NCBI GenBank assembly: GCA_021738625.1
Contig: JAIPBS010000005.1
Location: 51,478 to 115,477 of the forward strand
Reading direction: 5' to 3'
DNA: 64,000 nt
From: Bacteroidales bacterium
GTDB taxonomy: Bacteria > Bacteroidota > Bacteroidia > Bacteroidales > JAIOZK01
This document shows positions 62,730 through 64,000 of this stretch, piece after piece. A model generated the notes under the pieces. It ran no database searches, was not told where the DNA came from, and saw only the letters and a program-made list of their open reading frames with translations. The translations under genes and the position numbers were made by a program. Within the stretch, counting starts at the first letter, position 1; every line of letters starts with the position of its first letter.

Positions 62730-64000
62730 ATGAAATCCCTATTATCTATACTTTTATTAACATCAGCGCTGTTGCTGAACGCGCAGGTAGCCCCCGACAA
62801 GTACTTTGTCAAATTCTCTGACAAAAACAACTCTCCCTATTCTATCGATCAGCCTGAAGAATTTCTTACACAGCGCGCAATCGACAGAAGAGACCGTTAT
62901 GATATTGAGATTACTGAGCAGGATATTCCTGTGAATCCCGGCTATCTTGATGGTGTTGCAGCAACGGGCGCTCAGTTGTTGAATGCTACCAAATGGTTGA
63001 ACGGTGTTACGATCTATACGGACGATCCGGCTGTGCTTGATGCAATAAGTGAGCTGCCTTATGTTGAAGGAACATACAAAGCAAGTCATTCCCGCGCAGG
63101 TGTCAAACCCAAGCCATTTTTTGCATCTGAATATATTATTACGGAAAACTATGAATATCAAATCTTTAAATCAGGAAATGAACTGGATTATGGAGGTGCT
63201 TACAACCAGATTGAGATGTTGAACGGAATACCGCTCCACAACAATGGCTATCGGGGTCAGGGTATGGTCATCGCGGTGCTGGATGCTGGTTTTATGAATG
63301 CGGATTACCTGGAAGTTTTCGATACGCTTTGGAACAACAACAGAATTCTCGGGTCAAAAGATTTTGTTGATCACAGCGGCACCGTATATGATTATAGCAG
63401 CCATGGAACAAGTGTATTATCAACAATGGGAGGATACATTGCCGGCGAACTGATAGGAACTGCACCTGATGCAAGTTACTGGCTGTTGCGTTCGGAAGAG
63501 TCGATCAACGGGTCTCCTGAAAATCTTATTGAGGAATACAATTGGGTTTCGGCGGCCGAGTTTGCTGATAGTGTTGGAGCAGATCTGATCAATTCATCAC
63601 TCGGATATACTGAATTTGACGACCCGGAAATGAATCATACTTATGAGGATCTGGACGGCAACACCACAGTTATTACCAGGGGAGCTGATATTGCAGCAAA
63701 CAAAGGAATCCTGGTAGTAAACAGCGCCGGAAACAGCGGTGGAAGCCTTTGGTATTACGTTGGTGCCCCGGCTGATGGCGATAGCGTTTTTTCAATTGGT
63801 GCGGTTACCCCTGAAGGCGAACTTGCAGGTTTTAGCTCACATGGGCCCACCTCGGATGGGAGAATCAAACCCAATGTGGTTGGACAGGGTGCTCCTGCAC
63901 ACGTGGCCTTTGCTTTTGGCGGATATGGTGGAGGTTATGGGACTTCTTTTTCTTCTCCTGTGATTGCAGGTATGACCGCCTGTTTGTGGCAGGCCCATCC
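62730..64000 (+). CDS. Secreted S8 (subtilisin-family) serine peptidase. It is partial: the 3' end lies beyond the right window edge.
   Basis: Hand-translated open frame from the ATG at 62730 to the window end. It is absent from the ORF track because it has no stop in the window. The signal peptide is MKSLLSILLLTSALLLNAQ. The catalytic triad motifs are VIAVLDAGF (Asp), SSHGTSVLS (His) and GTSFSSPVIAG (Ser). Confidence 0.85.
   Translation, partial: MKSLLSILLLTSALLLNAQVAPDKYFVKFSDKNNSPYSIDQPEEFLTQRAIDRRDRYDIEITEQDIPVNPGYLDGVAATGAQLLNATKWLNGVTIYTDDPAVLDAISELPYVEGTYKASHSRAGVKPKPFFASEYIITENYEYQIFKSGNELDYGGAYNQIEMLNGIPLHNNGYRGQGMVIAVLDAGFMNADYLEVFDTLWNNNRILGSKDFVDHSGTVYDYSSHGTSVLSTMGGYIAGELIGTAPDASYWLLRSEESINGSPENLIEEYNWVSAAEFADSVGADLINSSLGYTEFDDPEMNHTYEDLDGNTTVITRGADIAANKGILVVNSAGNSGGSLWYYVGAPADGDSVFSIGAVTPEGELAGFSSHGPTSDGRIKPNVVGQGAPAHVAFAFGGYGGGYGTSFSSPVIAGMTACLWQAH

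Noticed and set aside
1-64000. Search by eye for tRNA/rRNA genes, CRISPR repeat arrays, IS elements or transposases, integrases, prophage genes and toxin-antitoxin pairs.
   Set aside because: None were recognised. The intergenic regions are short, with a 388-bp maximum, and are accounted for by promoters and terminators. No regularly spaced direct repeats were seen. A computational scan with tRNAscan-SE, Infernal/Rfam, a CRISPR finder and ISfinder would be needed to exclude small or degenerate elements.

Overview
This window looks like a densely coding stretch of a Bacteroidota-type chromosome. The clues are a T9SS C-terminal sorting domain, TAnnTTTG -7 promoter boxes, a divergent TamB/tsaD pair, lipobox lipoproteins and Y_Y_Y sensors. 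I call 37 protein-coding genes. Two run off the window edges and are missing from the ORF track, and one is a 44-codon ORF below the track cutoff. I recognised no rRNA, tRNA, CRISPR array, transposase, integrase or phage genes, so the window looks like core chromosome rather than an island. Housekeeping anchors are tsaD, trmD, a tricorn-like protease, an AddA-like helicase-nuclease, a distant AddB-like nuclease, TamB, an aldehyde dehydrogenase and a methionine gamma-lyase-like enzyme. Four things seem most worth a second look. (1) At 20.4-27.9 kb, a sigma factor, a TPR anti-sigma-like protein and an envelope-anchored TPR-CHAT protease sit together. A strictly spaced bipartite DNA motif (GGTTACCTTTT-N9-CRGAATTAA) occurs three times here, just upstream of the sigma gene, an orphan histidine kinase and a T9SS cohesin/dockerin-like protein. 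(2) At 39.3-47.3 kb, a CheR/CheB pair is operonic with two large hybrid histidine kinases, with no MCP, CheA or CheW in the window. One kinase carries a duplicated Glu/Gln-rich coiled-coil segment that could be the methyl-accepting site. (3) At 33.5-38.5 kb, an AmmeMemoRadiSam cluster has proteins with Tat-like and Sec-like export signals and is interrupted by a polytopic spermidine-synthase-like membrane protein. (4) At 50.3-52.6 kb, an AmgK-like kinase is fused to a RapZ C-terminal domain, and a translationally coupled 4-Cys micro-ORF lies between it and MurU. All functional assignments come from motif recognition by eye; no database search was run.
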